Assembly: GCA_050951545.1 (NCBI GenBank)
Contig: JBMNJG010000003.1
Location: 231,881 to 295,880, forward strand
DNA length: 64,000 nt
Direction of reading: 5' to 3'
From: Limnochordia bacterium
Lineage (GTDB): Bacteria; Bacillota; Limnochordia; DTU080
Shown: positions 9,190 to 21,095 of the stretch, piece by piece
How the letters are laid out: each line of letters begins with the position of its first letter
How positions within the stretch are numbered: the first letter of the stretch is position 1
Translations under genes and position numbers: made by a program
Notes under the pieces: generated by a model
Told to the model about the DNA's origin: nothing
The model's input: the letters and a program-made list of their open reading frames with translations, nothing else
Database searches by the model: none

Positions 9190-9675
9190 TTAGTCGAAGT
9201 AGACAATCTGGGCATCCACCCCTGCCGCCGACAGCGTCAAGATAGCGTAGGAATACTGTGAACTCATGCGCTTATCCGTTGGAGAACCCGGATTAAGCAG
9301 CACAAGACCCTCATGTCTCATGCACACAGCCCGATGTGAGTGGCCAAATACGATACAGTGCACGTCATCGAAGGAGCGCACGGCGCGAGTAAGCGTACTG
9401 CCACTGCTACCATCGCCGTGTACGACACCGATGCGCCACCCTTGTGCTTCGACCACTCGCCTGCGCGGAAGCATCCGTCGCAGCGGAGGTGGATCCATGT
9501 TGCCACACACTGCATGCACCGGAGCCGTCGTGGCTAGAGTTGAGAGCACATCAGGATGCACAAGGTCACCAGCGTGGATGATCAGGTCCACCCCGGCCAT
9601 TCCCGAACAGACCTCCGGGGGAAGACGCCGGGCGCGACTTGGGATATGGGTATCGGACAAAACACCTATCCGCAT
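9190..9675 (-). CDS. YfcE/MJ0936-family metallophosphoesterase
   Basis: LSDTH, IHAGD, GNMD, VHG, FGHSH, LNPGSPT. Confidence 0.92.
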   Translation of the reverse strand: MRIGVLSDTHIPSRARRLPPEVCSGMAGVDLIIHAGDLVHPDVLSTLATTAPVHAVCGNMDPPPLRRMLPRRRVVEAQGWRIGVVHGDGSSGSTLTRAVRSFDDVHCIVFGHSHRAVCMRHEGLVLLNPGSPTDKRMSSQYSYAILTLSAAGVDAQIVYFD

Positions 9676-10469
9676 GACCAGCCCCCATCACTCTCTTGTG
9701 TCATGCCGTCCAGTTCGCCAAACGCACTAGCTATCAGCGCCACCAACACCACGCCAGCAGTCTCGGTCCGCAAGATGCGAGCCCCCAGGCTGCAGACAAA
9801 AGCCCCCTGATCTTGCAGGCCACATGCCTCCGCTGACGACAGCCCTCCTTCCGGCCCAATCACAGCTCCAACACTAACCTCCGACGCTGGATGCTGTCCA
9901 CTCAGCCAGTAACGCAAAGGGCTTGACGCCCCCTCCCAGGCGACAACCAGCTGCTCACAGGGGAAGTGGCGCACTGCTTCGGCCAAAGGTTCGACAGGCG
10001 ACACCGAAGGCCAGCGCGCCCGACCAGACTGCTTGGCTGCTTCACGAGCGATTCTCTCCCAGCGCTGACTGCGAACAATGGCCTTGTCACCCTCGAGGCG
10101 CACCACACTGCGCTCTGTGACCACGGGATGAATAGCTGCCGCACCTAGTTCGGTGCACTTTTGCACCAGATAATCCATCTTGTCTCCCTTGGACAGACCC
10201 GCGAAAAGATGCAGTTGCATGCGCGGCTCTGCGGGACCTTGGCGCTCACTGATCACATCCGCCAGACATGCCCTGGGCGCGACCTGCGTGAGTACTCCCA
10301 GGTATTCCACACCTGAACCATCGCATAGCACGACGCGTTGCCCGCATGTCAAGCGTAGTACTCTCGCGGCATGTTGGGCCTCGTCCCCTAGGATCTGCAC
10401 CCGACGCGCGCCCGTCTCGCCGTCGCGCTCAATATGATCTGGCACCACAAAAAAACGGGGAAGGCTCAA
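9666..10469 (-). CDS. rsmE: 16S rRNA m3U1498 methyltransferase RsmE
   Basis: HAARVLRL, QKCTELG, EAAKQSGR, IGPEGG, LGARILRTETA; TTG start overlaps the prmA stop. Confidence 0.95.
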   Translation of the reverse strand: MSLPRFFVVPDHIERDGETGARRVQILGDEAQHAARVLRLTCGQRVVLCDGSGVEYLGVLTQVAPRACLADVISERQGPAEPRMQLHLFAGLSKGDKMDYLVQKCTELGAAAIHPVVTERSVVRLEGDKAIVRSQRWERIAREAAKQSGRARWPSVSPVEPLAEAVRHFPCEQLVVAWEGASSPLRYWLSGQHPASEVSVGAVIGPEGGLSSAEACGLQDQGAFVCSLGARILRTETAGVVLVALIASAFGELDGMTQESDGGWSCG

Positions 10470-11431
10470 GACTGACGACCGCCTATCACACAGAACCATT
10501 CGTCTATCTGCCGCTCCTGGGTGATCACCAGACCACTTTCGGCCCAGGCCGCCCGCACAGCCCCCATGCGCTCAGCCACAATGCCCGAAGCGATAAAGCA
10601 TCCTCCTGGGCGCAAGTAGCCTGCCACCCGCGGCAGAATCTTGACAATGGTCTCGGCGATAATGTTGGCTACGATGATGTCAAAACGCATCTCCTGCACA
10701 TCATCCACGACACCTGTCGCCACGGTAACGTTCGTCGCGACCCCATTGGCCTCCACGTTTTCTTGCGCAACAGACACTGCTCGCGAGTCAATATCCAAGG
10801 CGTGTACGCGAGCTCCGAGCTTCGCTGCGGCAATCGCCAGGATTCCAGAGCCAGTGCCCAAGTCCAGCACAAAGTCATGCGGAGCCACAGTACCCTCCAA
10901 GGCCTGCAAGCAAAGCCGCGTGGTCGGATGTGTGCCAGTCCCAAAAGCCATGCCAGGATCCAGGCGAATCAACACCTCTCCCGGCCGCGGTTCGTACGTT
11001 AACCATGAGGGGACGATGACCAATCGGCGGCCAATCCGCTGTAGCGTGTAGTACTTCTTCCAGGCATTGGCCCAGTCTTCAGCATGCACCATTCTCGCAG
11101 AGACCTGCCCCAAACCGGGATCCAACCCCGCCTCCACCAGGCGCCGTACCGTGCCAGACAGACCGACCAGCACCTGGGCGGAGGTATCAGCTGGTAGGTA
11201 CGCCTTCACTGTGACACCCGTCAGCATCGGGCCTGCATTGCCAGGCGATGAGCCCGCGTCGGGCTCATCGATAAGTGCCGTGCCTAGCTGTTCGACACGC
11301 CGCATCACGAGCCGAGGGTCGTCGATCACCACGCCCCCGGCACCCAAATCCATCAGCATCTCACTGACTGCCTCTACAGCCTCCGAGCTCGTCACCACGC
11401 TGACTTCGAGCCAGTCCTGAGAAACACACAC
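10466..11431 (-). CDS. prmA: Ribosomal protein L11 methyltransferase
   Basis: EDWANAWKKYY, LDPGMAFGTGTHPTT, LDLGTGSGILA, IVANIIA; follows dnaJ. Confidence 0.96.
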   Translation of the reverse strand: MCVSQDWLEVSVVTSSEAVEAVSEMLMDLGAGGVVIDDPRLVMRRVEQLGTALIDEPDAGSSPGNAGPMLTGVTVKAYLPADTSAQVLVGLSGTVRRLVEAGLDPGLGQVSARMVHAEDWANAWKKYYTLQRIGRRLVIVPSWLTYEPRPGEVLIRLDPGMAFGTGTHPTTRLCLQALEGTVAPHDFVLDLGTGSGILAIAAAKLGARVHALDIDSRAVSVAQENVEANGVATNVTVATGVVDDVQEMRFDIIVANIIAETIVKILPRVAGYLRPGGCFIASGIVAERMGAVRAAWAESGLVITQERQIDEWFCVIGGRQS

Positions 11432-11462
11432 CGAATTCAGTCCCCCTGCCCGCTGGTCGCGT

Positions 11463-12620
11463 CTACTCGGACCGCCCTGGGTTGCCAAAAGCTTCCTTCA
11501 CTCGCCTAAACAGGTTCTTATCTTGCTGCCCATTCGTGTCACCATCGCCGCCCGAAAGCTGCGAGAGTTCGCGTAGCAGTTCGCGTTGACGCGCAGACAG
11601 CCGCGTTGGCGTCACCACCTTGATGGTCACCCGCTGATCACCGCGTCCATAGCCGCGGACCGCCGCTATGCCCAAACCCCGCAAACGAAAGACTGTTCCC
11701 GTCTGAGTACCCTCGGGTATCTTTAGCTTGGCCTTACCGTCCATGGTCGGTACCTCGATCTCATCTCCGAGCGCGGCCTGGGAAAAGCTGATGGGTATCT
11801 CACAGACTACATCGTTTCCCTCGCGGTGAAACAGACTATGGGGCTTGACCCGGACGAAGACGTATAGATCGCCGGGAGGTCCTCCTCTGCTACCAGCCTC
11901 TCCTTCACCGGAGAGCCGTACCCGCATGCCATCGTCGATGCCGGCCGGAATGTTCACCTTTATCTGGCGGCGCCGATGCACAACACCGCGCCCCTGACAC
12001 TCCGAACATGGCTGCTTTACAGTCTTGCCTTCACCCTGGCAACGGGTGCAAGCAGTGACATTCACCATACGCCCAAAAGCGGTTTGGCGCTCTTGGCGCA
12101 TCGAACCACTGCCTCCGCAGACCTCACAGGTAACGATAGGCGTTCCTGGTTCTGCTTTGTTCCCGTGACAGTGCGGACATGTCTCACTGCGCGGTATCGT
12201 GATCTCGATAGTGGTGCCGAAAGCTGCCTCGGTGAACTCTAGGGTTGCATCGTAGCGAAGATCAGCGCCTTTTTGCGGGCCGCGCCGTTCGCTTCTGCCT
12301 GCCCCACCAAAGAACGCGTCGAAGATACCACCAAGATCATCAAAGCCTCCGAAGCCCCCAAAAGGATCAAAGCCCCCTGCTCCCATGCCCTGTTGGTCAA
12401 AGGCCGCATGGCCGAACTGGTCATACTTCGCACGCGCATCCGGATCTTGAAGGACCTTGTAGGCTTCCGTGGCCTCTCTGAACTTCTCTGCCGCGTGTGG
12501 GTCATCTTTGGCTACATCCGGGTGGTATTGATGGGCCAGACGGCGGTATGCCTTCTTGATCTCGGCCTCGGAAGCGTCTTTACCAACCCCCAAGACCTCG
12601 TAATAGTCTCTTTTCGCCAC
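11463..12620 (-). CDS. dnaJ: Chaperone DnaJ
   Basis: J-domain with HPD, G/F region, four CxxCxGxG-type repeats. Confidence 0.98.
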   Translation of the reverse strand: MAKRDYYEVLGVGKDASEAEIKKAYRRLAHQYHPDVAKDDPHAAEKFREATEAYKVLQDPDARAKYDQFGHAAFDQQGMGAGGFDPFGGFGGFDDLGGIFDAFFGGAGRSERRGPQKGADLRYDATLEFTEAAFGTTIEITIPRSETCPHCHGNKAEPGTPIVTCEVCGGSGSMRQERQTAFGRMVNVTACTRCQGEGKTVKQPCSECQGRGVVHRRRQIKVNIPAGIDDGMRVRLSGEGEAGSRGGPPGDLYVFVRVKPHSLFHREGNDVVCEIPISFSQAALGDEIEVPTMDGKAKLKIPEGTQTGTVFRLRGLGIAAVRGYGRGDQRVTIKVVTPTRLSARQRELLRELSQLSGGDGDTNGQQDKNLFRRVKEAFGNPGRSE

Positions 12621-12661
12621 GCCTTCTCTCGCCCCCTGGCAGCTATTCCACACAGTACGCG

Positions 12662-12693
12662 GCGACACATGGGCTCAATCACCCATGTGTCGC
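12662..12693 (-). terminator. 12-bp hairpin between dnaK and dnaJ (terminator or mRNA stabiliser)
   Basis: GCGACACATGGG-N8-CCCATGTGTCGC perfect inverted repeat; no clear U-tract. Confidence 0.5.
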
Positions 12694-12720
12694 ACTTGAC
12701 CATCAGCGCACATCCACAGC

Positions 12721-14565
12721 TCAACTCTCGTCATCCATAGTAAAATCGGCGTCAACCGTCTCATGATCCCCACTATCATCGCCATCATCGTCAGACGGCG
12801 CGTCGTTCGATGCAGCACCTGCAGCCTCATACACTCGCGAGGTCACTTTGTACAACGCCGAACTCAGGGCCTCTTGCTTGTCCTTGATGGCCTGAATGTC
12901 CTCGCCACCCATGACCCCTTTCAGAGCTTCCTGTGCCTCGATGATCTCCTCGCGCTCTTCGGCGGTAACCTTGTCGCCCAACTCCTTAAGCGAGCGGTCA
13001 ACAGAGTAGACAAGTCCATCCGCCTCGTTGCGGGCCTCGATAAGTTCCTTCCGCCTCATGTCTTCCTCAGCGTGACTCTCTGCCTCCTGAACCAAACGGT
13101 CGATATCCTTCTCGCTCAGGCCCGTACGCGCCGTAAGAGTGATCTCCTGCGCCTTACCAGTGCCCAGATCTTTCGCCGAGACCTTGACGATGCCGTTGGC
13201 ATCTATGTCAAAAGAAACCTCGATCTGCGGTATTCCTCTGGGAGCGGGCAAGATGCCGCCCAGCTGGAAACGCCCCAACGTGACGTTGTCGGAAGCCATC
13301 GGACGCTCACCTTGCAGCACATGAATGTCGACTTGCGTCTGGTTGTCTGCAGCCGTGGAAAAGATCTGCTTCTCCACTGTGGGAATCGTAGTATTGCGCT
13401 CGATCAGCTTGGTGAAAACGCCACCGAGTGTCTCAATCCCCAGTGACAACGGAGTCACATCGAGAAGCACGATATCCTTAACTTCACCAGCGAGAACACC
13501 AGCCTGGATAGCCGCTCCCACAGCCACCACTTCGTCAGGATTGACACCCTTGTGGGGCTCCTTGCCTATAAGCTTATGGATGGCGTTCTGAACCGCTGGG
13601 ATGCGCGTCGATCCGCCCACCAAAATGACGCGGTCGATGTCACTGGGTTCCAGACCTGCGTCAGCCAGGGCCCGCCGCGCAGGCCCCATAGTAGCCTCGA
13701 CTAAGTCTTTGGTCAGATCATCAAACTTGGCACGCGTCAAAGCGATATCCATATGGAGCGGACTGCCTTGCTTCATAGCGATGAACGGCAGATTGACTGT
13801 CGTCTGAGCTATCCCCGACAACTCCACTTTGGCCTTCTCGGCCGCTTCCTTCACACGCTGTAGAGCTGTGCGATCCTTGCTCAGGTCGACACCAGAGGTC
13901 TTTTTGAACTCATTCACAAGGTAGTCCATAACCCGCTGGTCGAAGTCATCGCCGCCCAAACGGTTATTCCCGCTTGTCGCTTTTACCTCGTAGACCCCGT
14001 CACCAAGCTCAAGAATTGAGACATCAAATGTTCCGCCTCCGAGATCAAAGACCAGCACCGTATGATCCTCGGTGCGATCGGCACCGTAAGCGAGCGCCGC
14101 GGCAGTTGGCTCATTGATGATACGCAGAACCTCCAGACCCGCAATCGTGCCCGCATCCTTCGTCGCCTGACGCTGAGCGTCCGTAAAGTAGGCAGGAACA
14201 GTGATCACAGCCTGCGTGATCTTCTGACCTAGATAATCTTCTGCATCAGCCTTGAGCTTCTGCAGAACCATTGCCGCGATCTCTGGCGGAGTATAGTTGC
14301 GGCCATCGATACGAGCCTTGTATTCAGTGCCCATTTGCCGTTTTATCGACAGTATTGTGCGATCAGGGTTGCTGACCGCCTGCCGCTTGGCCACTGCACC
14401 TACGAGGCGTTCTGCTTGCTGACCGTCCTCTTTCTTGCTGAAGGCCACCACTGACGGCGTTGTCCGACCGCCCTCAGCGTTGGGGATGACCACTGGCTCC
14501 CCGCCTTCCATGACCGCAATGACCGAATTGGTGGTGCCAAGGTCAATACCGACCACCTTGCTCAT
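12721..14565 (-). CDS. dnaK: Chaperone DnaK
   Basis: [43 protein letters not shown]. Confidence 0.99.
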   Translation of the reverse strand: MSKVVGIDLGTTNSVIAVMEGGEPVVIPNAEGGRTTPSVVAFSKKEDGQQAERLVGAVAKRQAVSNPDRTILSIKRQMGTEYKARIDGRNYTPPEIAAMVLQKLKADAEDYLGQKITQAVITVPAYFTDAQRQATKDAGTIAGLEVLRIINEPTAAALAYGADRTEDHTVLVFDLGGGTFDVSILELGDGVYEVKATSGNNRLGGDDFDQRVMDYLVNEFKKTSGVDLSKDRTALQRVKEAAEKAKVELSGIAQTTVNLPFIAMKQGSPLHMDIALTRAKFDDLTKDLVEATMGPARRALADAGLEPSDIDRVILVGGSTRIPAVQNAIHKLIGKEPHKGVNPDEVVAVGAAIQAGVLAGEVKDIVLLDVTPLSLGIETLGGVFTKLIERNTTIPTVEKQIFSTAADNQTQVDIHVLQGERPMASDNVTLGRFQLGGILPAPRGIPQIEVSFDIDANGIVKVSAKDLGTGKAQEITLTARTGLSEKDIDRLVQEAESHAEEDMRRKELIEARNEADGLVYSVDRSLKELGDKVTAEEREEIIEAQEALKGVMGGEDIQAIKDKQEALSSALYKVTSRVYEAAGAASNDAPSDDDGDDSGDHETVDADFTMDDES

Positions 14566-14634
14566 AGATCCTTCCTCCACTCTGGTATGCATCAGTCGAC
14601 GTGATCTTGCCCAGCCGACACAACGTGTCACTGG

Positions 14635-15204
14635 CTAGCTCGTCGGATTCTCCGGCGTAGGTCCCACTTTTACCTTAGCTGGGCGTAGTAGACGACCAGC
14701 AAAACTGTACCCTTTTTGATACTCTGCAACGACATAGAGCTCACCGCCAGCAGACTCCTCACGCGCCACCGCCTCATGGCAATGAGGATCAAATGCTGTT
14801 CCTAAGCTCTGAACCTGCGATAACCCTTCAGAGTGAAGCGCAGCCAGAAGCGCCCGCTGCACCATACTCACACCCTCGGCGAGGCCATCACTAGATCCGG
14901 CGCTGGACGCTGCCTCTAAGGCTCGATCGAGATCATCCAACACAGGCAGCAGCTTAGTTATCAGCCGCTCGGCGCCTCTTTCGGACTGCTCCTCGAGCTT
15001 CTGTTGGCTACGGCGACGAAAGTTGTCGAAATCAGCACGCAACCTCGCGTACTGCGTAGCCAGGACCTCTAGCTGCTGCTGCTTTTCCTCCAACTCCGCA
15101 TCCCGGCTGCGGTCGCTTTCTTCAACGACCTCGACTGCCTCAGCAGCCTCGCACGCCGCCTCCTCATGTGTTGCGTCAGGCTGCGGCACGTCTGGATCCA
15201 CCAA
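14635..15204 (-). CDS. grpE: Nucleotide exchange factor GrpE
   Basis: RLRADFDNFRRR, LLPVLDDLDRAL, FDPHCHEAV, YQKGY..GRLLRPAKVKV. Confidence 0.96.
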   Translation of the reverse strand: MVDPDVPQPDATHEEAACEAAEAVEVVEESDRSRDAELEEKQQQLEVLATQYARLRADFDNFRRRSQQKLEEQSERGAERLITKLLPVLDDLDRALEAASSAGSSDGLAEGVSMVQRALLAALHSEGLSQVQSLGTAFDPHCHEAVAREESAGGELYVVAEYQKGYSFAGRLLRPAKVKVGPTPENPTS

Positions 15205-15244
15205 GTTACAACGACCTCCCAAGGTAGAGACTCTCTTACCATTT

Positions 15245-16261
15245 CTAGGCCGACACTGTTCCACTGAGCAGCTCTGACAGCATGTCGGCTACTAACTGAA
15301 CCATGGCAATCGCCCTGGTGTATTCCATTCGGGTAGGACCGATGACGCCAACAGCACCGACTGCCCGCCCTCCGCTACCATAGGTCGCGCTTACTACGCT
15401 GCAGTCTCGCACCCCTTCATAGGGATTTTCCTCTCCAATGCTGACCCCTATGCCTTCTGTGCTTCTGCTGATGACCTCTATGAGGCGCTCGCGCTCTTCC
15501 AAGGCCGAAAGCAGAGCTTTCGCCCTAGTGATCTCCTGGAACTCAGGATGATCGATGAGGTTGATGCTTCCATCGACCAGCACCTTTTCCGAGGTGTTTG
15601 TGAGCCCCTCAACGAGCATTTCCATCAAAACCGGGTACAGAATGGGGTCGGGCACTTCGTCAGCAAGCTGCCTGCAGACCTCGCTGGTCACATCACGCAA
15701 AGCCTTGCCTCTCAGCCTGGCGCTGATACGCTGACCCGCCAACATGAGCGACTCCGGCACCATACGCTCCACCTCAGCAATGCGGTTCTGCACAAGGCCC
15801 GGATCGGTGACCACCACAGCCAGAAGGTGGCTATCATCAATAGGAACAAAGCGCACTGCACGCACGACACTATCTAAGATACTGGGCGCAACAGCCACTG
15901 CGGCATAATGAGTCACGATGCCCAACACGCGTAGGGCCCGGCGGATGATCTCCTCTACGACTACCTGCGGAGCCATCATCTTCTCCCGTACGAAGACCAT
16001 CTCTTCTTCGGACACCCTGGGATCAGGTATGAGCACATCCACATAGAACCGATATCCCTTGTCCGAGGGGATACGTCCAGCCGAAGTATGCGGCTGCTGC
16101 AGGTAACCCGACTCCTCTAGATCAGCCATTTCATTGCGGATAGTGGCGGGACTTACGCCCAGACTGTACTTGCGGGCAATTGTCCGCGACCCGACTGGTT
16201 CAGCTGTTTCGATATAGTCGTCGGTGATAGCCCGCAGGATAGCCTCTTTTCGCTTATCCAT
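15245..16261 (-). CDS. hrcA: Heat-inducible transcription repressor HrcA
   Basis: YIETAEPVGSR, SPATIRNEMADLE, QPHTSAGRIPSDKGYR, GVIGPTRMEY. Confidence 0.98.
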   Translation of the reverse strand: MDKRKEAILRAITDDYIETAEPVGSRTIARKYSLGVSPATIRNEMADLEESGYLQQPHTSAGRIPSDKGYRFYVDVLIPDPRVSEEEMVFVREKMMAPQVVVEEIIRRALRVLGIVTHYAAVAVAPSILDSVVRAVRFVPIDDSHLLAVVVTDPGLVQNRIAEVERMVPESLMLAGQRISARLRGKALRDVTSEVCRQLADEVPDPILYPVLMEMLVEGLTNTSEKVLVDGSINLIDHPEFQEITRAKALLSALEERERLIEVISRSTEGIGVSIGEENPYEGVRDCSVVSATYGSGGRAVGAVGVIGPTRMEYTRAIAMVQLVADMLSELLSGTVSA

Positions 16262-16312
16262 CCTGCTTCACCACCGGAAAGATATGCCGCGACAGTCTGT
16301 AACCCTCTCGCT

Positions 16313-16339
16313 TTAGCACTCGCCTAGGGCGAGTGCTAA
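16313..16339. promoter_or_regulatory. CIRCE operator (HrcA binding site)
   Basis: Exact TTAGCACTC-N9-GAGTGCTAA upstream of hrcA. Confidence 0.98.
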
Positions 16340-16350
16340 TCATCACACCC

Positions 16351-16379
16351 AACATAGCACCGCCCCCCTGCTTTGTCAA
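16351..16379 (-). promoter_or_regulatory. SigA promoter of the hrcA operon
   Basis: TTGACA-N17-TATGTT with extended TG, directly upstream of CIRCE. Confidence 0.8.
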
Positions 16380-17542
16380 GAAGAACGCAAGAAAGCAGCA
16401 AACACCTGATTGCCGAAGAGCAGCCCTCTTCTTGTCAATCTGACCGAGGTGTCATACTCCACGAGACCAAGTCGCACCAACCGGGCGATTTCGTCACCAT
16501 ACACCGACCGCAGTCCGCGTCCAAAACGACTCCGGAAACGTCCGTCGCTTACACCCTCGAGAAGACGCAGACCCATGATCATGGTCTCATCCATCTCATC
16601 GTCCGGGGAGAGCTGGCGCCGCTCTGCGATGGGCAGTAATCCTTGCTCCAGCCCCCGGCTGTACGCCTCCACATCAGACGTGTTGGCCCAACGTTGCCCA
16701 CCCCAGTGAGAGTGAGCGGCAGGGCCCAAGCCCCTGTACCACTCGTTGCGCCAGTAGATCTCATTGTGCTGGCAACGATGTCCCGGTCGAGACCAGTTGG
16801 AGATCTCGTATTGCTCGTAGCCAGCAGAGCGTAATCTCTCAATGGCCCACTCGTACATGGCCAGTTCCGTCTCTTCATCGGGAAGGCTGAGCTTGTTCTC
16901 GCGTAGTAGCGTCGCCAAGGGCGTAGAGGGCTCGACGATCAGGCTGTAACAAGAGACATGGTCTGGAGTCAGCTCAAGAACTTGCTCAAGAGTCTGGCGA
17001 AAATGCGGCATGGCTTGCTCTGGCAGGCCAAACATAAGGTCGATGCTGATGTTCGTAAATCCTGCTGACCGAGCTGCCAGTACGCTAGTCACGGCATCCT
17101 GCGCTGTGTGTAGGCGCCCCAGGAGTTCTAGTAGTCTGGAGTCGAGACTTTGCACGCCAATGCTCAAGCGATTGGCACCAGCAGCCCTTATGGCAGCCAG
17201 ACTTGTCGCGTTTACTGTCCCGGGATTCACCTCCACGCTCACCTCCACATCCGGCGAGTGCTTGAACATGGAAAGGATCTGCCGCAGGATGCTGCACAGC
17301 ATGGCGCAGGGCAAGACCGATGGTGTACCACCACCAACAAAGATGCTCGTCACAGGTACCTGGAGCATCTCTCGAGCAACCGTCTCAATCTCCCGGGCTA
17401 GAGCTTCAAAGTAGGTCTGCATCTCTTCTGTACATGCGGGATATGAGACGAAATCACAGTAACAGCATTTACGTAAACAGAAGGGCACGTGGACGTAGAT
17501 ACCAGCTCCGGCTCCTGGCATGGGTGTAGGTCGCTCAGGCAT
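16376..17542 (-). CDS. hemW: Radical SAM heme chaperone HemW (HemN-like)
   Basis: [44 protein letters not shown]; lies between lepA and hrcA. Confidence 0.92.
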   Translation of the reverse strand: MPERPTPMPGAGAGIYVHVPFCLRKCCYCDFVSYPACTEEMQTYFEALAREIETVAREMLQVPVTSIFVGGGTPSVLPCAMLCSILRQILSMFKHSPDVEVSVEVNPGTVNATSLAAIRAAGANRLSIGVQSLDSRLLELLGRLHTAQDAVTSVLAARSAGFTNISIDLMFGLPEQAMPHFRQTLEQVLELTPDHVSCYSLIVEPSTPLATLLRENKLSLPDEETELAMYEWAIERLRSAGYEQYEISNWSRPGHRCQHNEIYWRNEWYRGLGPAAHSHWGGQRWANTSDVEAYSRGLEQGLLPIAERRQLSPDDEMDETMIMGLRLLEGVSDGRFRSRFGRGLRSVYGDEIARLVRLGLVEYDTSVRLTRRGLLFGNQVFAAFLRSS

Positions 17543-19334
17543 CTCCGATACGCAACACAGCCAAAAAGGCCTCCTGCGGCACCTCCACGGTCCCAAGCTG
17601 TTTCATCCGTCTCTTGCCCTCTTTCTGCTTCTCCAGAAGTTTGCGCTTCCGTGAGACGTCGCCGCCATAGCATTTGGCCAGAACGTCTTTGCGTAGGGCA
17701 CGAACCGTTTCTCTGGCAATCACCTTGTTACCGATACTGGCCTGAATAGGTACCTCAAACATCTGACGAGGGATGACTTCCTTAAGCCTTTCTGTCAGCT
17801 GGCGCGCACGTTCATAGGCCTTGTCGCGATGGACGATGCATGATAGGGCATCCACTGGCTCGCCATTCAGAAGGACGTCAAGCTTCACCAGTTCACTCTC
17901 ACGGTAACCGATGAGCTCATAATCCAGGGAGGCGTAGCCTTTGGAACGGGATTTGAGCTTGTCAAAGAAGTCCATAAGAATCTCTGCCAGGGGTAGCTCG
18001 TACTCAAGGCGAGCACGTTCCGGGGTGATGTACTCCATGGTTACGTACTGCCCTCGACGATTCTGGCACAGCTCCATAATCGGGCCTACGAAATCTCGCG
18101 GGGCGACGATCGCTGCCCGCACAAAGGGCTCCTCCACCTTCTCAATGGTAGTGGGATCAGGATAGTAGGCAGGATTGTCAATGCTCAGAACCTGCGAGTC
18201 GCTGCGATAGACCTTGTACACCACGCTAGGTGCGGTGGCGATGAGATCCAGATCAAACTCGCGCTCCAGTCGCTCTTGCATGATCTCCATATGCAACAGG
18301 CCCAAAAAGCCGCACCGGTAGCCAAAGCCCAAAGCCATAGACGTCTCCGGTTCGAAGATCAGGGATGCATCGTTGAGTTGAAGTTTCTCCAAGGCTTCGC
18401 GCAAGGCAGTGTACTCCTCATTGATCACAGGGTACAGACCGCAAAACACCATCGGCACAGCTTTTCGGTAGCCAGGAAGCGCCGCGGCCGCTGGCCGCTC
18501 GGCCTCTGTGATCGTGTCGCCTACGCGTGTGTCCCTCAGATCCTTCATCTGAGCAATCACACAGCCTACGTCACCAGCCTTGAGTTCGTCGATCGGGGTC
18601 ATGTGAGGCCGAAAGATGCCCATCTCAGTCACCTGAAATGTACGACCAGTCGCCATCATCTGAATGTGAGTGCCGATTCGTACCGTACCGTCCACGACCC
18701 GTACGTAAGCAATGGCTCCCCGGTAGGGGTCGAAGTGAGAGTCAAAAATCAGGGCCCGGAGAGGCTGACTTGCGTCACCCTCTGGAGGAGGGATACGCGT
18801 GATAATGGCCTCGAAAACGCCTTCGATCCCCTCGCCTGTCTTCGCACTGACAAACGGAGCATCAGAAGCATCGATGCCTACGCTCTCTTCCAGCTCTCTG
18901 CAGACCGACTCGGGATTGGCACCGGGAAGATCAATCTTATTGATCACCGGGATAATTTCCAGATCATGCTCTAAAGCAAGATACAAGTTGGCAAGCGTCT
19001 GTGCCTCTATGCCCTGGGACGCGTCAATCACCAGCAAGGCCCCTTCACAGGCGGCCAGCGACCGGCTTACCTCGTACGAGAAATCGACGTGCCCTGGGGT
19101 ATCGATCAAATTCAGTGTATAGATCTCGCCATCACGAGCCCTGTACTCTATGCGCACGGCCCGCAATTTGATGGTGATGCCGCGCTCACGCTCAATATCC
19201 ATGGAATCAAGCACTTGGTCAGTCATGTCGCGCTCTGATAGAGCGTTTGTGCGCTCCAAGAGCCGGTCAGCCAGTGTGGATTTACCATGGTCAATATGAG
19301 CAATAATACAGAAGTTCCTCACGCGGTTCTGCAA
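17535..19334 (-). CDS. lepA: Elongation factor 4 (LepA)
   Basis: [55 protein letters not shown]. Confidence 0.99.
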   Translation of the reverse strand: MQNRVRNFCIIAHIDHGKSTLADRLLERTNALSERDMTDQVLDSMDIERERGITIKLRAVRIEYRARDGEIYTLNLIDTPGHVDFSYEVSRSLAACEGALLVIDASQGIEAQTLANLYLALEHDLEIIPVINKIDLPGANPESVCRELEESVGIDASDAPFVSAKTGEGIEGVFEAIITRIPPPEGDASQPLRALIFDSHFDPYRGAIAYVRVVDGTVRIGTHIQMMATGRTFQVTEMGIFRPHMTPIDELKAGDVGCVIAQMKDLRDTRVGDTITEAERPAAAALPGYRKAVPMVFCGLYPVINEEYTALREALEKLQLNDASLIFEPETSMALGFGYRCGFLGLLHMEIMQERLEREFDLDLIATAPSVVYKVYRSDSQVLSIDNPAYYPDPTTIEKVEEPFVRAAIVAPRDFVGPIMELCQNRRGQYVTMEYITPERARLEYELPLAEILMDFFDKLKSRSKGYASLDYELIGYRESELVKLDVLLNGEPVDALSCIVHRDKAYERARQLTERLKEVIPRQMFEVPIQASIGNKVIARETVRALRKDVLAKCYGGDVSRKRKLLEKQKEGKRRMKQLGTVEVPQEAFLAVLRIGDA

Positions 19335-19383
19335 ACGTCGCCACCTCTCGCCCCTTCATTGCCGCCTAGGCATAGCACACCTA

Positions 19384-19412
19384 ATTATAGCATTGGCGTC
19401 TACTGCTCACAA
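19384..19412 (-). promoter_or_regulatory. SigA promoter of lepA
   Basis: TTGTGA-N17-TATAAT with extended TG. Confidence 0.7.
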
Positions 19413-19538
19413 GGATGCATGGGTCTCGGCGAGTCGAAGAGAAGAAGCAGGTCGAGAACCGGTCGAGACGGGGGCTACTGGCGCGGACCAGCAAGATGCC
19501 CCATACAGAGTCGACCAACCGATAGAGGAAGTGGAGAT

Positions 19539-21095
19539 TTGTCTGAACGTCCTGTGGCCAAAACAGCTGGTGTCGTCATGCTGCTTATCATGCTCAGTCG
19601 CCTGCTGGGTTTCGTAAGAGAACGAGCGATCGCCGAGGTCTTCGGTATGGACTGGCGAACGGACGTCTTCCGAGCCGCCTTCAACATCCCGGACCTCATG
19701 TTCTTCCTTCTCGTAGCCGGGGGACTCAACGCAGCCTTCATACCCGTCTTCACCGCCTACTTGGCCCGAGACGAAGAAGAAGAGGGCTGGCGCATGGCTT
19801 GGACGTTCTTCGCCCTTGGCATTGGCCTGCTCGCTCTTATGACCATCGCTGGTATGGTCTTCACACCAGCCCTAGCCCCCTTAGTAGCTGTTGGTTTTGG
19901 CGGAGAGCAGAAGATGCTGCTTATCACCCTTATGCGCGTGATGTTCCCTGCTGTGGCCTTTACTGCACTCGCCGGCTTGGGCATGGGCATTCACAAGTCC
20001 TACAAGAGCTTCGGCGCTCCGCTATGGGGACCGATCGCCTATAACCTGATGATCATCATTGGCACGTACACATTGGGGCGCCGCCTGGGAATCATGGGCA
20101 TGGCGATTGGCACAGTGGTCGGGGCGGTAAGCAACTTCCTGGTACAGCTACCGTTTTTCGTCCGCAAGGCATCCCCCCATCCCTTTTTCTTCGATATCCA
20201 TCATCCAGGCATAAAAAGAGCCTTCCACCTGATGGGGCCAGCCGTCGTCAGCTCATCGATCACTCAGCTCAATTTCACGATCATCACCTCCTTAGCCTCT
20301 AGCCTGCAAGAGGGAAGCATCAGTGCCTTGCGCACGGCAAACACCTTGGTTCAGCTGCCTTTGGGAGTCTTCGCCATGGGGGTATCCATGGTAATACTTC
20401 CCACCCTTTCGAGTCTCATGGCCCGCGATGAGATGAAGGCATTCCGCAACACGTTCTCCCATGGCCTACGTCTGGTGCTGTTTCTGACCATTCCAGCAGC
20501 GGTAGGGCTGGTCGTGATGCGTGAGCCTTTGATCCGGCTGCTTTTCCAGGTCGGAGAGTTTGGAGCAAAGGACACAGCAATGGCAGCCCGCGCCGTGTTG
20601 TTCTATGCCCCCGGTCTGGTAAGTCAATCAGCCATCCAGATCCTAGTTCAGGTCTATTATTCCCTGCAAGACACCAAGACGCTAGTGCGTGTCTCTGCAC
20701 AAGCGATTGTCATCAACACGCTGCTTGGGCTCCTTTTCATCCGTTTTACCTCGCTTGGTCACGGAGGTCTGGCTCTAGCCTACTCATTGACGAGCATGTG
20801 GAACATGGTGAGCTATCTGCGCGGTCTACGTCGAGCGATCGGTAGTATAGACGGACGGCGCCTCCTGCGTTCAGCTACCCTCGCCCTCGTAGCTTCTGTA
20901 GCGATGGGATTGACGGCCAAAGCTGCCACCACCATCGCTGCCTCGTACGGGGGACGTCTCATGGAGGTTGCTATTGGCGTCTCCGCGGGTGTGCTCGTTT
21001 ACATGGTTATGGCCTTCGCACTGCGTATGGAAGAGATCTCGCTTCTCAAGCAGGCCCTGTCTGCGGGCCGTACTGCCCGCCCCGCCCGTGACTAG
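19539..21095 (+). CDS. murJ: Lipid II flippase MurJ (MviN)
   Basis: SRLLGFVRE, AFNIPD, AAFIPVF, QLPLGVF; multiple TM segments; TTG start after GGAG. Confidence 0.93.
   Translation: MSERPVAKTAGVVMLLIMLSRLLGFVRERAIAEVFGMDWRTDVFRAAFNIPDLMFFLLVAGGLNAAFIPVFTAYLARDEEEEGWRMAWTFFALGIGLLALMTIAGMVFTPALAPLVAVGFGGEQKMLLITLMRVMFPAVAFTALAGLGMGIHKSYKSFGAPLWGPIAYNLMIIIGTYTLGRRLGIMGMAIGTVVGAVSNFLVQLPFFVRKASPHPFFFDIHHPGIKRAFHLMGPAVVSSSITQLNFTIITSLASSLQEGSISALRTANTLVQLPLGVFAMGVSMVILPTLSSLMARDEMKAFRNTFSHGLRLVLFLTIPAAVGLVVMREPLIRLLFQVGEFGAKDTAMAARAVLFYAPGLVSQSAIQILVQVYYSLQDTKTLVRVSAQAIVINTLLGLLFIRFTSLGHGGLALAYSLTSMWNMVSYLRGLRRAIGSIDGRRLLRSATLALVASVAMGLTAKAATTIAASYGGRLMEVAIGVSAGVLVYMVMAFALRMEEISLLKQALSAGRTARPARD

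Noticed and set aside
12763-13446. 227-aa ORF antisense to dnaK (and a similar 232-aa ORF opposite lepA)
   Set aside because: Long antisense frames opposite conserved GC-rich genes are a known codon-bias effect; no motifs recognised
19335-19538. Possible ncRNA or riboswitch between lepA and murJ
   Set aside because: No recognisable RNA family motif; part of it is explained by the lepA promoter and the murJ RBS
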